NCBI GenBank assembly: GCA_049325255.1
Contig: JBMOMW010000050.1
Coordinates: 3,120-67,119 of the forward strand
Length of the DNA: 64,000 nucleotides
Direction of reading: 5' to 3'
DNA from: Pseudomonadota bacterium
GTDB lineage: Bacteria; Pseudomonadota; Alphaproteobacteria; UBA11222
The notes under the pieces are model-generated. The model ran no database searches. It was not told where the DNA came from and saw only the letters and a program-made list of their open reading frames with translations. Each line of letters starts with the position of its first letter. Within the stretch, counting starts at the first letter, position 1. Made by a program: the position numbers and the translations under genes. Below, one piece after another: positions 61,898 through 64,000 of this stretch.

Positions 61898-63322
61898 ATG
61901 CAGCGCCGCCCCGCCGCCTTTAACGATAACGCCGCCGAAGCCCTGCTGGATGCGGATTTGCAGCGCGCGCTGGGCGCCGCTGAAGCGGGCTTTGGCGTCA
62001 AGCGCCGCAAGGCGATAGAGGGCTTGCCGGAATTTGAGGCGCTGTGCGATCAGGCTGCCGCCATCAAGGACCATGTGCTCGATCATCTGGATGTGTATCT
62101 GGAACGCTTTGAGGCGCAGGTGTTCGCCAGCGGCGGCATGGTGCATTGGTGCGAAGATGCAGAGCAGGCGCGCGGCATCATTCTGAAACTGTGCCGTTCG
62201 GTCAACGCCAAAATGGTGACCAAGGGCAAAAGCATGGTGGCCGAGGAAATCGGCCTGAACCCGTTTCTCGAAGCGAACGGCATTCGTCCGGTGGAAACCG
62301 ATCTGGGCGAATATATTATTCAGTTGGCGGATGAACCCCCCAGCCATATTATCGGTCCGGCGCTGCACAAAACCAAAGATCAGGTGTCGGATCTGTTTCA
62401 CGTCCATCATCCAGCGCTGGGTTTTGCTGAAAGGCAGACCGAAGGCGAGGCGCTGGTCGGCGAGGCGCGCGCCATTCTGCGCCAGCAATATTTACAGGCC
62501 GATGTGGGCATTACGGGCGCGAATTTTCTGATCGCTGAAACCGGCAGCACCGTCATTGTCACCAATGAAGGCAATGGCGACATGACGCAGATTTTTCCGC
62601 GTATGCATATTGTCATCGCCAGCATTGAAAAGATTGTCCCGACCCTGGAAGACGCCGCCACCTTGTTGCGGGTACTGGCGCGTTCCGCCACGGGTCAGGA
62701 AATGTCCGTGTACACCACATTTTCGACGGGGCCAAAGCGGCGCTCCGACGCTGACGGCCCGGAGCAGTTTCATGTCTTGCTGCTGGACAATGGGCGAAGC
62801 GATATTCTGGGCGGCAATCAGCGCGATATATTGCGCTGTATCCGCTGTGGGGCCTGCATGAATAATTGCCCGGTCTATATGGCGGCGGGCGGGCATGCTT
62901 ATGGGGCCACCTATATGGGGCCGATGGGTTCGGTGCTGACGCCCAATCTGACCAGTTTGCACAAAGCGCAGGCGTTGCCATTTGCTTCTACTTTTTGTGG
63001 CAAGTGTGAGGCTGTGTGTCCGATGCGCATTCCACTTCCCAAACTGATGCGGGACTTACGCACCGAGGCGCATGAACAGCGCCTCACGCCGGTGCGCGAA
63101 CGGCTGTGGCTGGCGCTCTGGTCCTGGGTTGCGCTGCGGCCGGAACTGTATCACCGTCTTGGCGGCATGGGTTTAGCCGTGCTGAAATTACTGGCGCGTG
63201 GAGGCGGGCGGTTTCACTGGTTGCCGCTGGCGGGCGGCTGGACCCGGACGCGGGATTTTCCCGCGCCGCAGGGTGAAAGTTTTATGGCGCAATGGGCGCG
63301 GCGCGGGAAACCAAAAGCATGA
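61898..63322 (+). CDS. lutB: Lactate utilization protein LutB/LldF
   Basis: ETDLGEYIIQL, NEGNG and CIRCGACMNNCP motifs. Confidence 0.92.
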   Translation: MQRRPAAFNDNAAEALLDADLQRALGAAEAGFGVKRRKAIEGLPEFEALCDQAAAIKDHVLDHLDVYLERFEAQVFASGGMVHWCEDAEQARGIILKLCRSVNAKMVTKGKSMVAEEIGLNPFLEANGIRPVETDLGEYIIQLADEPPSHIIGPALHKTKDQVSDLFHVHHPALGFAERQTEGEALVGEARAILRQQYLQADVGITGANFLIAETGSTVIVTNEGNGDMTQIFPRMHIVIASIEKIVPTLEDAATLLRVLARSATGQEMSVYTTFSTGPKRRSDADGPEQFHVLLLDNGRSDILGGNQRDILRCIRCGACMNNCPVYMAAGGHAYGATYMGPMGSVLTPNLTSLHKAQALPFASTFCGKCEAVCPMRIPLPKLMRDLRTEAHEQRLTPVRERLWLALWSWVALRPELYHRLGGMGLAVLKLLARGGGRFHWLPLAGGWTRTRDFPAPQGESFMAQWARRGKPKA

Positions 63323-64000
63323 GCCAGCAACGCATTGCCATTCTCGATCGTATTCGCGCATCCCATGCCGCGCGTGGTGTCATGAGGCAAGAACATACCG
63401 CCGCTGCGCATTTGAACAATCGGATGAAAAATCTAATACCGGCGCGCGGCCAGCTCACGGGCGCTGCCGCCTGTGCGCAATTTATAAAAGCGGCGTTAAA
63501 AAACCAGGCGACGGTGGACAATATAGAATTGGCCGAACATGTACCACAAGCCATTGGCGCCTATCTTGCGGGGCATGGTCTTGCGGGGCCTATCCGGCTT
63601 TGCGGCGATGCGCTTCTGGCGGCCCTGCCATGGGACCGTATTGCCCGCTTTAATCCAGGCTCTGGCGCTGTCAGGGAAAGTGATGAAGCGGGTGTTGGTG
63701 TGGCGCTGTGTGGCATTGCCGAAACCGGTACGCTGATGCTGACATCCGGGTCTACAGCCGCCAGCGGGCTGAATTTTTTGCCGCCCACCCATATTGTTGT
63801 ACTGCGCGCCGCCGATATTGTGGGCGCGCTGGAAGACGGCTGGGCGCGGTTGCGTCAGGTGGGCAATGGGCAAATGCCGCGCACGGTCAATCTGATCACC
63901 GGCCCCTCGCGCACCGCTGATATCGCCCAGACCATGTATATGGGCGCGCATGGGCCTAAGCGCCTGCATGTGATTGTGGTGGAAGGCGCGGCCGTAAAGG
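63319..64000 (+). CDS. lutC: Lactate utilization protein LutC/LldG (runs off the window end)
   Basis: ATG at 63319 overlaps the lutB stop; IAETGTL and ITGPSRTADI...GAHGP motifs. Absent from the ORF track because no stop is reached. Confidence 0.88.
   Translation, partial: MSQQRIAILDRIRASHAARGVMRQEHTAAAHLNNRMKNLIPARGQLTGAAACAQFIKAALKNQATVDNIELAEHVPQAIGAYLAGHGLAGPIRLCGDALLAALPWDRIARFNPGSGAVRESDEAGVGVALCGIAETGTLMLTSGSTAASGLNFLPPTHIVVLRAADIVGALEDGWARLRQVGNGQMPRTVNLITGPSRTADIAQTMYMGAHGPKRLHVIVVEGAAVK

Overview
This window is the replication-origin region of an alphaproteobacterial chromosome. The core block runs leuS-lptE-holA / parB-parA-rsmG-mnmG-mnmE / rho-hemJ-hemH-hemE / oriC / DUF299 kinase-aroE-coaE-dnaQ / secB / timA-mltA and contains two perfect parS sites. 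The window also holds hrcA-grpE-dnaK-dnaJ, glnK-amtB with an NtrC/sigma54 promoter, cysD-cysNC plus a sulfotransferase and a porin, and lutABC. Six accessory observations stand out. (1) A 2168-bp IS1-like transposon with 22-bp TIRs and an 8-bp TSD has a doubly broken transposase but an intact cargo operon (small basic protein, Panacea antitoxin, putative toxin); it sits 40 bp upstream of hrcA. (2) A 165-bp MITE shell carrying a REP doublet interrupts a pemK/mazF toxin gene, and similar shell-plus-REP composites occur elsewhere. (3) HolA carries an in-frame insertion of about 85 aa built mostly from 22 degenerate 9-bp (D-x-x) units. (4) A 10-kb catabolic cluster has most genes tandemly duplicated or triplicated, and two SDR copies share a covarying hairpin between the SD and the start codon. 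(5) A conserved hypothetical gene lies behind a sigma54/IHF/ftr-like promoter. (6) There are low-GC islets: an orphan gene, a TM protein + IrrE pair, and a Fic gene with a twin operator. All product calls come from motif recognition by eye; no database searches were run.
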